From Curvularia clavata (lineage: Eukaryota): a stretch of DNA of 64,000 bases. The first letter of the stretch is position 1; every line of letters starts with the position of its first letter. Positions 1 to 13,386 of the stretch are shown here, one piece after another. The stretch is from the NCBI GenBank assembly GCA_023920165.1, contig CP089274.1:1922001-1986000 (forward strand), read 5' to 3'. The position numbers and the translations under genes are program-made. The notes under the pieces were generated by a model. That model had not been told where the DNA came from. It was given only the letters and a program-made list of their open reading frames with translations, and ran no database searches.

Positions 1-89
1 CTTCGTCCTTCTCCTAAGGCTCTGGGGTGTCGGGCGGCGGCCGCGGCGGGTAAAGAACGCTCATCAAGCGAAAGAACTTGCTCCGAATC

Positions 90-3000
90 TCAGCCATTGT
101 TTTCTGAAGAGGGTTTTTGGGCGGCAAGTTGGCGAATGAGGCGGGTGCTCTTCCGCCACCACTTCTTGGAATGGCGAGATTCGGCCTCAACCGAAGCCCT
201 GCCTTGGATGACTTCAGTTGCTGAAGCCTCCACCCACTCAGGAGACGATTGGGCTCGACCAGCTCGCAGGACCAACTTGTAGTACACGTTGTCACAAGCT
301 CTCAGAATCCGCTTGCACAGCGGATCTCTGGCCTCGCGAGTGATGTCGTGCATCTCGTCAGTGTCCGACACACACGACTGATCACTGAAGATTGCAGTGG
401 GTGGTGACAGAACAGAGGTCGGGTATTGCTCTCCAGCTTTGTGAGGCTGGTTGCTTATGTGACTACAGCTATTCAAACGGTCTGCAGGAGCTCGCGCGAT
501 ATTATCAGCTGGTGGATGAGGAGGAGGTGCAAGGACAGGCGGTGCAGTCGAAAAGGCAGTTGTTCCGGACGCTTCAGAAAGCCTGTTGCGGATATGGGGA
601 GGTCTGGAGTAATGAGATGGACTCGAAGCTACTGAATGTGGCAGGAAGGTGTCAACAGCAGTGTTTGTTGACACTGCCGAAGCATAGTTTGTGTCTGGGT
701 TGCAGGGACGCGTCTCGCCTGCTTGAGACGTCGATGTCCTTGACCTCGAGGACCTTTTCAGGGGAAATGTGAGGTCGCTCGAAGTGCGACGACCTTGGTT
801 GTGGAGCGCGCGAGAACGTCCGCGCGAGGCAGCAGCCTGTGAATTGGACGGCGGAGCTGTGTTACGTTGTGTATAGAAGGACCTGCTCGAGGGCAAGGTC
901 AAGGCGCTTGAATAGCGAGGATCTTGAATATGAAGAGCGTTAGAGCGGTGGCGGGTGACAGCAGATGGTTCAACCTGTGGGTTGCTGGGTGGAGCTGTTG
1001 AGCGAGGTGTTTGCCTGGGAAATGTGCCATTGCCCGTCTTTAACTTCTCAACTGCATCTGCCCCACTAGCGCCGATGGCAGCAACACCACCGTCCATGCA
1101 GCCTGGCACACCACTCTCCTTCTCTTTGCTGTAATCCTTTCCTCTCTTTTCGAGCCCATCATCGATAGCTCCCTCAGGAACCATATGAGGCATACCATGT
1201 ACAGGTCCAAGACGAGCAGATGAGCGTTCTTGAGTAGGGTGAGTACGGTTAACCCCTTTCTTGATCGGAGACTCTGTGGACTCAACACGCTTGCGAGACT
1301 CCTTCAACGATGGGCTAGACTCTGGAAAGCTCTGTCTAAGTCCTCCTACTGCAGGTACAGCCAAGCTCCTCATCTCCGCCACGAGCTCCGGCGAGCAAGC
1401 ACGATGCATCTCTGACAAGCCCGAAGTAGCAATAGGCTGCATTAAGAGCGCTGCCCGGTCAACCTCCTCCACTTCAGCAAGCGACATTCGCTGATCTTGC
1501 GTCTCATCAGCCGTCGCAAGTCTCGGCGGACTACCTCTATTCAACCTTGGCGACACATGGGGCACCTGCTCTGCCGAACGAGAATGGCGGAGACCAACAT
1601 TGCTGGACAGCTCACCGGACAGGTCAACTTGGCTGGACTGCATCGGAGACAACCCGCGACGTGATTGAGTGAAAGCATTACTCGCGTTGTTGTCTGTATC
1701 ACTACGTCGGCGTGACACTGTCGATAACCTACAGACATTGTCCGGATCCTCGCCCGAAGCCTGGATACCTGACTGCGTAACAAACACGGATCGAGTCTTG
1801 GGGCCTTCGTGCGACTCATCCCTCAAACCAGGAAGATGACGCGACGGACTAGGGTATCGATTTTTGGGCAGCTCAAGGTCGGCCGCACTATCTCCTTGGG
1901 CACCGTCCTCTTGTATATCCGTCAGTCGTCTCGGAGACAGCGAGTTGCGCTGAGACCCAACACCCACAGCTGAGCGCCGAGGACCATGTCGAGTGCCAAC
2001 ACCTACGCCCGGTGCAACACAGCCACTCCGCCCTTCACGCGTGTTGGCCTGGTTATTCCTCAGACTATCCCCAGAGGAAGTGTCCCAAGTTGCACAAGAG
2101 TCTGGAGAAAGGCACGGAAAGTGATCATGGGCTGGATGCACAGGTGAGGACTCTCGGGCCACAGCTAACATAGGTGAACGAGCCCCGAAATTCATCCTGG
2201 TATTTCTCGCACTCATTATCTCTGTTCTGGACGGATGCGGTCGAGGTGACAGTTGGGGATCAGCACAATCGGGACTATCAACACCTTTCGCTGTTGAACA
2301 GGAGGAGGTGTCAGGACCCCTAAGATACTTTCCTTGCTAAGGCAAGAGCTTGGGATTCGATATGGGATATCCTTCACGGTCTTTACCAGATCCCGGCCTT
2401 GCTGGGCTCGGTGATACGTCCGGTATGCCTGTACAAGACTTGGAAGATTGCTCACCCCAAGGCTTTTGAGCACGGTCACTCGTAGCTCGTTTGGCAAGTG
2501 GTGATGGCTTCGTGGGATTTACTGCACACTCCGATACATTACCGTGTCTCTCAGAAGGCGTACCATCTCCGCATAATTCTTCAATCGGGGCATCTGAACA
2601 CTCTCCTCGAAAACCGGCTGGCCCACCGGACACTCTATCCATTTTACTCTGACCTGCAGCCAGGTTGGAATTGCTTGTAGTCTTGTCAGTCATCTTTTCT
2701 GTTGAATCGCCACGAGCGGCTTCATGCATTGAATCTGCGGCAGGGAAACAGTGATCCGATGGATATGAGCCTGCATTCTTGGTTTTCATTTCCTCCATGT
2801 CACCCGGTTGGCGCAGGACTTCGGTGGATCTGCCATCGTTTGAAACCGGAGAAGAAGTCGTGTCACATGACAAGGCATCAGAATTAGTACGCAGATATGT
2901 CGAGTTGCTAGACAAAGGGCCAGCCGCAAGCCTCTTGGAGTCCGCCTGTTCGGCTGCAATGGTTTGTTTGTGGTTTGTTGGCAACACAACGGTCTCAGAA

Positions 3001-4022
3001 CGATGACTTACATACTTGCTCTCAGACCTGTTGCGGCGGGATTGGAGCTTGCTGGCATGCAGACTAGCCGATCGATCGTCGTATGCCGTATCATCCAAGG
3101 GAGGGAATGGTTCCATTTCTCCATGCCGGTCTTTGAGGCTTTGGGACAATGACTGGTGTGGAAGTCTGAATCGCATTTGACCGAGATTGTGTGGCTGACC
3201 TGGACCATGATACAATTGTCCTTGTCCTTTATTCAATTGACCCTTTGAATTGTGGGGATGTCTTGTGTTGGCATACGCGTAAGTATAACCACCAGTCGAC
3301 GGTGTCGGTCCCTCAAAGTTCTGTGAAGCTTGCGAGGACAGGCCTATGTTGTCGTTCAAGGCAGATGAGGTCGACCGACTGTTGAGGGTTGACAACCTGG
3401 GCCCGCCCCTGTGAGAGGCAAGGCAAGTATGTAAGTTATGAGGCCGCAAGTTGTGTGCATGGCGCAGGTTTGTATGAGACCTGTTTCCTGGGGCACTGTT
3501 GAGAGACTGCACGGTATATGTCGTCGACTGCAAGCGGTTGGGGTCTCTATCGTGATTTTCGATCATTCCCGGTAGCGACGATGAAGGGGGATTCGACATC
3601 GCTGGCGGGCTGCCATACTGAGGACCATTTGATCCGGTCGGGCCTCTCGATGTTGAAGATGATGAGGAGTATCCAGGAAGAGGCTTTATTGCTCTACTGA
3701 ATAAGTTCGACATTGAAGAAGTTGCTGAAATACCGCTGGAGGCGCCATGCCACTGTGTATGGTACTGTCCGCTGCTGGAGCCAGACAAGTTGCCGAAGAC
3801 AATGTCGCCCAAGTCGCCCAATTCTGTTTCGGTTCGGAGCATAGACGTTATTCCACGATGAAAAATAGCTGGGAAATCAGAACTTATGGGTGGTAGAGGT
3901 GCGGGTTTGTCTGATGACCGACTCAGACCTGGTCTGTTGGAGCCTTTCGACATGCGACCATCCTCGTCGTTTGTATCTCGATTGGAGAGCATCTCTTTGT
4001 CGCTTGTAGGGTCCATGCTCAC
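90..4022 (-). CDS. Large Ser/Pro/Arg-rich, probably disordered hypothetical protein, interrupted by one in-frame TAG at 2337-2339 (two in-frame ORFs: 2337..4022 and 90..2336)
   Basis: ORFs 2337..4022 (561 aa) and 90..2216 (708 aa) are in the same frame. The 120 nt between them read open (QGKYLRGPDTSSCSTAKGVDSPDCADPQLSPRPHPSRTEI). Both halves share low-complexity composition; no recognisable domain. Confidence 0.6.
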
Positions 4023-4922
4023 GAGGTGCTGTCGAAAGAATCAAGTGTGGTGCAGGCAGCCTTGTCGTGCCGGGTTTGCTGCTGTTTATGATTGTGGGGT
4101 GAATGATGGACAAGCGATCAGTACGATAAGAAAGAGAAGACTGTGCTGCACTGAGAGCAATATCTAGGGGAGATGAGAATAGGAAAGACTTGTGCGACCC
4201 CTATCAGGATCCCTATAGAGAACGGAGTGGTGTTGGTGATATGGGTGTGTTTGATGGGCTGAAGGAGGAGGCGGAGAGAGTCAGGTGGAGACGCTATTTT
4301 GATAGTGAGGCTCGCGCCTGCTCTACATCTACCACGACTGGAGCCGCTCCTCAACGACAGCCTAACCGGAAGGAGCCGACGCAAGAGATGACAGCAATCA
4401 AAAGATGAAAAGAAAACGAGAAACGAGCAGCGTACGTGCTCGAGAGATTGGTCCCTACTTACGCCAGGTATACTGCACCTTTGAGATGTTTGCTGCAGCA
4501 GAAGGATCTCAAAAAATAATCAGTGCCGTCAACATGGCCCCAAGCCTCCTCTTTGCAAAGCTTTTGGTCAATTACCGCAGACCACCGTTCTTCCATATCC
4601 AGCGCCAGCACGACAGCTGGCCCTCAACACATTGGAAACTTTCCATACAACAGCACTTCCTACCAAGAAAGCCTGCCTGACAGGCAAAACCGACCCCGCA
4701 TAGCTCGTCATAAGGAAACGATAAAGAGAGAGAAATACCAATATATACAGTTAAAGATTTCTGTCGACCGCTAAGACTGCCGACTACCAACCGCGTCAGA
4801 GACGACAGCATTGGGGATGCACAAAACGAGCAGTACGCAGTCAAATGGGGTATAAAGCCATGCAACGCCATACGAGGTCAAAGAATTGCACATGATGGAA
4901 TGGAGATCAAAGGAAACGGATA

Positions 4923-6786
4923 TCACTCAGCAATAGGACCAATATCGCCCGACTTCTTCTTGGTGAATAGTCGTTTAAGGGATGTAAAGCTACTCCGTTT
5001 GGACAGCCGCTTGGTGGAGGCATCCGCATGGGTAGACATGGAGGTGTGAGGGCGGTTTGGCAATTCGGCAGGCTTTGAGAAGGAGTCATCAGACTGATCA
5101 AGAACAGGAGACCTAGTACCCCCTAGACTGCCAGAGATGGAGCCCTTAGGGGTGTTGAGATTTCGAGTGGGGAATAGGCCAAATTGTGCCGTTTGCCGCG
5201 ATGACATGGACGAGGCTGAGCGTGGCGACGCATAACCTGGGGACATAGCCGATGCATCAGAGACAGATGAGTAAGCAGAGTCCTTGGCAGTCAAAGGGGG
5301 GCTGCTATCCTCAGCATCTGGCTTCGCATCTGCATGCCTAGATGTTGACGTTTTTTCATCAGCAGGCACGTTGGAGGGCGAAGGGGTCTCCTGGTGTCCC
5401 GTAGGCTGGTGTGTACTACTGGGCTCTGCTAACGGCGTCGTTCTTCCACGTTCCTCGTCATTGTACCAGGTTCCCTGGTAATAATCATGCTGTTCTGTCT
5501 GACGTTGCACATGCACGTCAGCACTAGATACCGCTGACGCTGTGGATGAATCCTGGCTCCGCTCTGGGGTCTGGGTAACAGAGTCGGATTTTTCGACAAT
5601 TTCCGACTGGTGCTGAGGCTTAGCCTTAATCGTGGAATGTCGTTTAGGTGTTCCAAACCCCGCTGGTGTTTCCCGACCGGAAGACGAAGCACTCATGAAG
5701 GGAGGGCGCTCAGGAGGTGGTGTAGGCAGAGGCTTGTTATTCGCAAAATTCCGAAATGAACGACCCTCACGCGAGTTGGACGAGTTTCGAGACGACGTGC
5801 GCGTTGCAATCTAACAGGATTAGTACTCTGAAGTAAAAGAGGCACCAAGTAACCCGGATATAATGTTGAAAGACATCAGGCCATCTTACCAAGCTTCGAC
5901 GACTGGCAGCACCACAGCGCTTCTCAATCTCGTTACAGTAGCTGCTGACTTGTACGAGCACAACACCCAATCTTTCTGCTTTGGCGACCAGACTCTGCAA
6001 AAACTGCGACCAGCCTCCAGTATTTCCACACATGGCAGAATATATCCGTCCAATATCCTCATTTCGATATGTCCACGCGTCTCCCACGTCGGCCAAGTAC
6101 ATGTCAAGCTCCTGGTTTGCTTCACGGAATATGTTGATGTCGACAAGGTAGTCGTTGAGTAGTTGCGACATGCGTCCAATGGTGCGTTCGATTACGATAT
6201 TGCCGTCGAGTAGCTGGGCACGATAGGAACGATCCTCGAGAAGGCGGTCAAATTCGTTTACGTGTTCCATGGGCACCTTGAGACATTTGTGGCGGAACAG
6301 CATGTCCTTCATGCTACTTTCCAGGTCCTCATTCGCTCTCTGCAGAAAGCTGTCAAGCTCATTGACATGCTTGAGCAGAATGTCTGCCACGTCGGCCACA
6401 GACTTCTCCAGATGCTGATGTAACAGGTGAACACCAAATATAATCTGCGCGATGGTTTTGGTCAGAGCATGGAACTTGCCCTTTGGGTTGTGCCGCCAGT
6501 GGCAGCTATAGGTAAAGTTCCACGAGGGCTCGAGGGCGTTTTCGTCTCTACACAACAATTGCTGGCGGGTCTTGACGCCTTTCTTGGGGGCTACAAAGGG
6601 GACATGGCCTGTCTCGCCAGTGGCGTCGAGCATCGACTCTTCGAAGGGGGCCTGCATGGAGGCTATGGGATGGATGGGGAAGGTGGCCGTCATGATGCGT
6701 TTGTCGCGCTCGTCTTGCCATGCGTAGGCGTCGCGGTCTTCGTGGCTACGGTGACTTCTTTGGGACGGCCGTCGAAGAGGAACCAT
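4923..6786 (-). CDS. Conserved fungal hypothetical protein: helical/coiled-coil N-terminal domain plus Ser/Thr-rich disordered tail (2 exons)
   Basis: Exon 6786..5890, intron 5889..5811 (GTAAGA...TACTAAT...TTAG), exon 5810..4923 joins ORFs 5767..6786 and 4923..5696 in frame. Heptad-like helical region LLKHVNELDSFLQRANEDLESSM. Confidence 0.75.
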
Positions 6787-7878
6787 GGTGATGTAACGAC
6801 AAGAGCGGTAGGTGGTGGGCCCCCAAGGGCCAAGAGGTGGCTATCAGCTCGGGGGTCCTGTGGTGCTACAAGGCCAATTGGGGTCGTCGTCGTCGTCGTC
6901 TCACACTTCAAAGGCCTCAGGGCGGTATACGCGGACGCGCGACTGAAGAATCGAGATTGCCGAGGTGTCTTGGGGCGGGCATCCACAGGGGTCTCCTAAC
7001 AAAGACGCATCCCGGGAACTGGCATTGTGGGGGGAGGGGGTTTAACGGCGCAAGCGATGGAAATGTTAAGATGTGTCGGAGATGGCGGAAAGTAGACTGG
7101 ACAACGGACACGGTCCCAAACGTCCAGGGCGCCTTTGGTTCGTCAGTCATCAGGTCACAGGCCACAGGGGAGCCCTTCTGGTCGCCAGGAGGATGCTGCA
7201 GGTGGTGCGCAGGGCTTGCCCCGAACAAGTTTGGTTGCATCCCTTAGTGCCCGTGACGGCTGAGACGCCAAAGCAGGGCGGGGGAACCCGCCTCGCCACT
7301 ACAGCCAGCCAGCCATCCATCACCAGTCATCCCAACAGCAACCGGCCAACAAGTCTCCAGCTCCCGCTCCCTTCTGCTGCCCGGCACACACACACACGCC
7401 CTCTGCTGTCCCTCTCATCCTACGCTTGTTCGGGGCTAGGCGCGCCAGACGGCAAACTCGCCCTGGATTTGTTTTTCCCAATCTCACCCCTCACCTCGTG
7501 CGCTAGAAGATATGCAATGCAGCCGCCAGCACCAGACCAGGGACACGAAGAAGCAACGGCCTGGATCTTCCCAAGGCCGCCCGCCCTGAGAGCGGCCGCC
7601 TGCCGTCCTGTCGCTCGCTTTTGCGCGCCCAAGAGTTTCCGCCTGCGCTGATGGGCAACCCTCCATCATGGATACCTTGTTAGCTGAAACACCGCAGCCC
7701 ATCGCCAACGTCATCAACCAGGCCCGGCGTGACGTGACGGGGCCCGGCATCCAGGCCGCTGCTGTTCGACGGTTCAGACTGTGTGCCTGCACGTGTAGAA
7801 TGTGATACTGTGATTGTGTAGCGGCCAAGGCGATCTCTTCTATCCCATCACCTTTGCAAGCGACACCAAAGCCTCCCA

Positions 7879-7907
7879 GTGTGTGTGTGTGTGTGTGTGC
7901 GTGTGTG
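7879..7907. repeat. (GT)n microsatellite
   Basis: gtgtgtgtgtgtgtgtgtgtgcgtgtgtg read directly. Confidence 0.9.
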
Positions 7908-8764
7908 CAGTCGCTTACGATGCCAGCACATCTTCGCTACCGCTCATCATTTGCTATGCCACGTGCAAACTTGCGCGACGCCTTTCCCATACTAAGTTTA
8001 GGGGGGCTTTGAGCCCCGGACGAAAAAGCTTGATGGAAATGTTTCGAGGCTGCTTGATTGAACACGGGTAATGCATGCCACCTGTCACTATGACGGGGCT
8101 GAGAGGCCCGCTCCTAAAATTCCGCGTCGACATGTGTATGTAGCGCCAAACTCGTCAGGCCGCATCAACCAGGTGTATTATGTACCAACTAGAGCTTTTA
8201 CCGTGCTCATGATTGCTGTTACAATGGCACGAAATGGGCACCTTTGGGTCACGTGAGAACACAATCTCATAGGCTCCTTCGCGGCCTTATGGAAACGAGG
8301 ATCGACCACCAACCCCATATATTTCCGAAGTTATATTTCAGGGCTGCTAGATAAATTTCATTTCGTATCGAACACGTACTTGTATGAGTCTCGCAAACTG
8401 GGGTTCATGATACACGACTCGCGTGAAGAAGCATGTCAGATTTAACAGGTGGTTCTATAGGAATACCTAGCAGCTGTCCCGTCGCATGGGTTGCCTGGAG
8501 CAGCTGGCCCATAAGCAGCATATGCTTGCTGACTGAATCTTGGAATCAAACCTAGGATCATGATAAAACAGGTCACTGGAACACACGCACACCCCCAGCA
8601 CTTGTAGTAAGAAAGAGCATTCCCTACACAGTAGCTTATCTACTGGCTTTGCTTACAGCAGATACACGCTGAAGATGCAGGGCCAGAACGACAAACCAGG
8701 CGCAACGGCGCATATGCATATGCACATATATTAATTCCGGGCGGGCCAACCTTGCTTTTCTAGT

Positions 8765-10333
8765 TTACCATCCCCGCCATCGCACCCAAACATCTACCAC
8801 CGTCTCACCACCCTCGTCAGAGTCGACAACAAGATACCAACCAAACCCTGCTCCTGCCACGCATGCATGGTTGGGCCATACCATGACCTTGTCTCCAATT
8901 GTCAAGTTGTTACACTCAGCCCTGTCACCTTCCCAGGTCAGGATGCCATGTTCTTGGCTGATGCGGCCAACAATCCATCCCGTCTCGCTTTGCTGCTCAT
9001 CGTAGACGTGCTTTGTGGAGGCGTTGCCCAGGTCAGGCGTGACGATGCCCCACCCTGGGTAGGATTTACAGGGTTCGCGGCCCATGGCAAGAGAGCCGGC
9101 GGATACCAGAGCTTCAGGCTTGGATCGCTCGTTGTATACACTTGTTACTTCCAGCAGCATCCGGATACCGATGTTGGACTTGGACAGTGGCTGAAATGCT
9201 GATGTCGCTTCCGACGAAGACGTAGGGGGTCGAGCGTGTGTTGCGACTTGTTGACAGTCCAACAATGGGTACACGCCAGCATGCAATTCAACAGCATGCT
9301 TCTTTTGGAGCCGCAAAAGCACCGTCTGAAACTCGCGAACCCGTGGGGAAGAGCCGGAAAGCATATTCTGTGCTGCTGTTGCAGTAGGTGTCGCGCCAAC
9401 ACTCAGAACCAGCTTTCTATTGAAATTCGCCGGGACGGCTTGGGCTGCTGCTTCCAGCCCAACTAGCTCTTCGATCAGGCCATTCGCGGCGTCACTTTCT
9501 GAAGACCCAGCATAGCTATGGCCGAAGTGACTGTAGAAACCTTGGAAGAAACACTTGGATCCGCTTTCTTGCGTCCTTGAGACAATTGTCTCAACAAGTG
9601 ATGGGAAAGTTGGAGAAGTAGTCTTGACACCAGCGCGTTGGTAGCCAGTGTCGATCTTAATAAAGATGCCAAGCTCAATTTGACTCGCTGAGGCAGAAAG
9701 CTTTTCTACCAATTTGAGGAAGGCATCTTGATTGTCAATTATGATGCTGATAGATCGTGGCTGAAGTTCCTCGGCCAGAGAAATTAGGCGTGGTATGCCA
9801 GATTGAGGAACTGGAACGCCATAAAGTATCTATACATGTTAAGTTAGTGAACTAGCTCTTTTCTTTTCTTTTCGCTTTGAGGAGAAGTAATGAATGGCAC
9901 ATAGAGACCACACTCGAAAGCGTAAACAAATTAACGTAAACGCGAAAGCAACACAAGGGAAAGAAACAAAGACGACGAGAAATGAGATTCAACATACACT
10001 CGACTCCCTCCCCTTTCCCTGCTCCTCCTTGACTAAAGGCGCCAAATGCTCCGCCTCCATAATCGTACTAACAATAAAATTGGCCGCTCCATATTTCCCC
10101 GCCTCATCTCCTACTTGCAGCTTTGACAGCTCAAGCGTTTTGTGACTCTTGACATGTGCTCGGAATCCTACGCCCAATTGCTTGCAGACCTGCAGCATGG
10201 AATCGCAGTTGCGGCGAATAGGGGCTCGATCCAGCACTACGGCCGGCGTGGCTAAGTCTTCAAGTCGCTTGCCGACGAATTGTTTGGCGAGTGAGGACTG
10301 AGATGGGAGGGGGTAGTTTTGTAGGGAGGACAT
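8765..10333 (-). CDS. DSD1: D-serine dehydratase-like / alanine-racemase-fold (type III) PLP enzyme, 2 exons, ~466 aa
   Basis: LATPAVVLD, PLP-lysine motif FRAHVKSHKT, IKIDTGYQRAGV, YSHFGHSY, SVGATPT, ELHAGVY, ISQEHGIL, VWPNHAC. Intron 9997..9830 (GTATGT...CTAAC...ATAG) restores the frame (ESS|ILYGVPVP). Confidence 0.85.
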
Positions 10334-11062
10334 GGTATCGGTAATTGTTGAAGCAATGAAACAGTTTCCTGGAGTACAAGTACGTGATGGGAGGAGACGA
10401 GTCTCGTTGGGATTGGGGTTCGGCTCTCTTTTATGTAGGTCACAGTAAATGGCCCGGATGGAGTCAATGGAGAAAAGCGAGATACCCAAGCTAGTGAGTC
10501 ACTATGATAGACGCTATTCCCCACAGTGACTATCTCTTTGAGTGTTTCAATCGCTATGTTGGTCGCCTTATCCCGGATTACCTGGTCTCGTTGCCGTCGG
10601 ACAAACAAAGTGCGGGCGGTACTGTGGCGGCCGCGCAATGTGGTGACAAATTTTTCTTCCAAGGCCGCGGATTGGTAGAAATGGTTCTTCAGAGAAGATG
10701 GGAGGAACGCTAGGGTTAATGCGAGTTGATTATTGGTCTGTGTTCTAGGTAGGCGGGCGCGTTGCTAATATGCTGGGGGTAACGAGTTGGGTGTGGGAGT
10801 TGAGCGGTAACATCCATTGTGGATTAGTGCGGGGGTACTATCCAAATCAGGAAAGATGAGAGCTACCAGGTACTAGGTCAACGAAATAGTGAGAGAAAAG
10901 TAGTGGATCCTAAGTCCGCCGTAGAACTGTGAGATGTATGTATAAGACAAAGTGTTTATGAGCACATGATCATGAATATGCCTGAACTCCCAAACAGTAC
11001 CCGAATCACACAATCTCGTTTCTCTTGTACACTTGCCCAATCTCCTTAGTACAAGATACATC

Positions 11063-13386
11063 CTACACACTAGGTCCAGGCCAAACACTACTTAGCCTCC
11101 TCCTTCTTCCCGTCATTGCACTTCCGGGACTAACACTCCTTGTGCCGGCCGCACCCGTCGGCGCAAAACTGTTCTCTAGTATGGCATCTTCCAGATCGTC
11201 CTCCTCTTCAATGCGCATCACTACGTCTGGCGGAGGTTCCTCCTCGAACACAGCCTGAAGGTCGGCGTGGGGGCTAAGTTGTTTCCAACTGTGCCAGAAT
11301 CCAAAAGTGGTCCGTTTTGAGGGCCCAGGACCATTGACATTGAGTTGACGGACGGGCTTCCAGAGCGACCGGCGCTCGTAGTAGGTAATAAACAAAAGAA
11401 TAGGGAAATTGAGCGCTCGAATCGCTGTAATGTTAATCTTGTGAAACCAGCGAGGTGAGAGGATGAACTTCAGTGGAAGAAGTATTACAAACGCAAGAAG
11501 ATTAAAAGGTGGCCGATAGGCGAAAAGTGAGTCTGACTTCACACCTTCAAAGGTCAGGACGGCCCGGCGAAACTGGATCTCTGCTGTTGCATCGGCTGCA
11601 ATCTTGGAGAAGGTGTTTGATAAGATCGATACCAGGACGGTCAGGAATAAGGTATTACCTAGAAACGCGTAAATGACCATCAGGGTGGGACCGAGAATCT
11701 CGTGAAAACGAGGTGCTTCGTCTATTCCCGTGCCATCAAGACCGAACCAGATCCACAACATCCATTTGGAAATGGTAATGGAGTTTGGTGATTCTTCATA
11801 GCCAACGGCAGGGTTACTGATGCTCAGCCATTTAAGCGCCAAGAGGAAACCACCAAAACACCAGACAGCGATTAGACTTAGTGCCGTGAACTCTTTAACC
11901 ATGGCTCGGAGGGCAATGAAAAGCATGTTCTCAGGCATCAGATTGAACGCGATACGCGGAAAGAGGATAGGCGAGGCAACAGTAAGGACATCGAGAGCCT
12001 GCCGTCCAGTCTCATCTTGTCCGGTCAACCAGCCATGAAACCGCATCCAGACATAGATAATGTATATCCCAGAGAAAGTGACATCCAGGAAAGCCCACAG
12101 CTCCTGTGTATGAACCTCCCAGCCATGCTCAAGGCATGATGTCAGTTCGTCCAACACCCAACCGCCGCCATAGACCATAAAAATAAGCTCAGGCCAGGTA
12201 AGATAGTGGTCTTTTCTTGCCGACATGCACCAGCAGAACAAAGCCAAGAGTATGAGAAACTGGACCACTTCAATCATGTTACGCGTCCTCGGTACCATGA
12301 GTCGGTACTGGTTAAGTACAGGTGCTTTCCGTGGGTCATATAGTGAGATGGGCTTGTATTTGTAGTGGTCCGGGATGATATCCATAAACGTAGTCGGTGT
12401 GTATACGATGCGGCCGCGATAGATGGCGTCGATGACTTTTTGGCTCGCGGAACCAGAAAGCAGCACTTTGCTTTCGGATACGATAGCAACTTCCAAAGCA
12501 GTGAGCTTGCCCTCATTATCGCCTTGACCTTGGTACTCAGAGGCATGCCGTGGCGGACACCGCTCCTCGGGCGCTCCCTGAAATGGCTGAAATGGTGCTA
12601 CTAAGATCTGCGCCAGCAGCAATAGGCCGGCTTTGCCCGTGGATTCTTCGTCATGCCGTCGCAAGATCTTCATTGCGACCAACTCGCATAGATTGGCACG
12701 TGTGAGATCGACGGTCTGGTGGTGTTGCTGGAATTGTTGATCCCGTAGAAATTGCATGCGATTTACAAGCAAACAGTAGACGATGGATATGTCATCCTCG
12801 TCGTAAAGACGATCAACAAGTGGCTTGACAATGAGGACGTTCATACGTGGTTCTCGGAGTTGGTCCACCGTGTAGGGATCCTCAATGACGGCCAAGATCA
12901 ATCTCCGTATTCTGTTTTACTATTAGCAATAACATCTGACGTTGCGTCTTCTGCCAGAGCTTACCGATGAATGTTAAAGTACGTCTGATAACTATTCTCG
13001 GTATTCGTACCCGCTGCTCGCGCAACCGCCGGCTGCCCTTGGCCGTTAAAACATCCATCACTTCCTGCATAGTCCTCCTCAGGTAGCAGAGTTTCCTGCT
13101 CTTGCCTGCTCTTTGCTGATCTTAGCGCATCGCTCAGCGTGCGCTGCGTCTCCTGGTACGGCCGTTTCAAGTACTTTCTAAACTCAATGTGCCGTGATGG
13201 TTGACGTTGTGGAGACGGTCTACGTGTTGGCGAGAGCTCCTCATCTCCATTGCAGGACAGAATGGCAGTGCTGTCATTGCTGCCGTTGCTGAATGTAGCA
13301 TGGAGGTTGGTTGGGGACTGAGGAAAAGTACCATAGGCGGGACTGCCACTTTTGTTCCAGTCTGGATTGGATGTTGGGCCGGACAT
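11063..13386 (-). CDS. TRP-like non-selective cation channel (Yvc1/TRPY1-related family), 2 exons, ~756 aa
   Basis: Multiple hydrophobic helices, pore-like WIWFGLDG, S6 YAFLGNTLFLTVLVSILSNTFSKI followed by EIQFRRAV and YRPPFNLLA. N-terminal ALEVAIVSESK and KVIDAIYRG resemble Yvc1-type channels. Intron 12964..12912 restores the frame. Confidence 0.8.

Noticed and set aside
14..98. Short frame MAEIRSKFFRLMSVLYPPRPPP overlapping the stop of the large ORF
   Set aside because: Too short and at the window edge; cannot tell a frameshifted tail from chance.
6427..7828. Cluster of overlapping 100-190 aa ORFs in a GC-rich region
   Set aside because: GC-rich promoter/UTR sequence and antisense of the 4923..6786 gene; no motifs or consistent splice structure.
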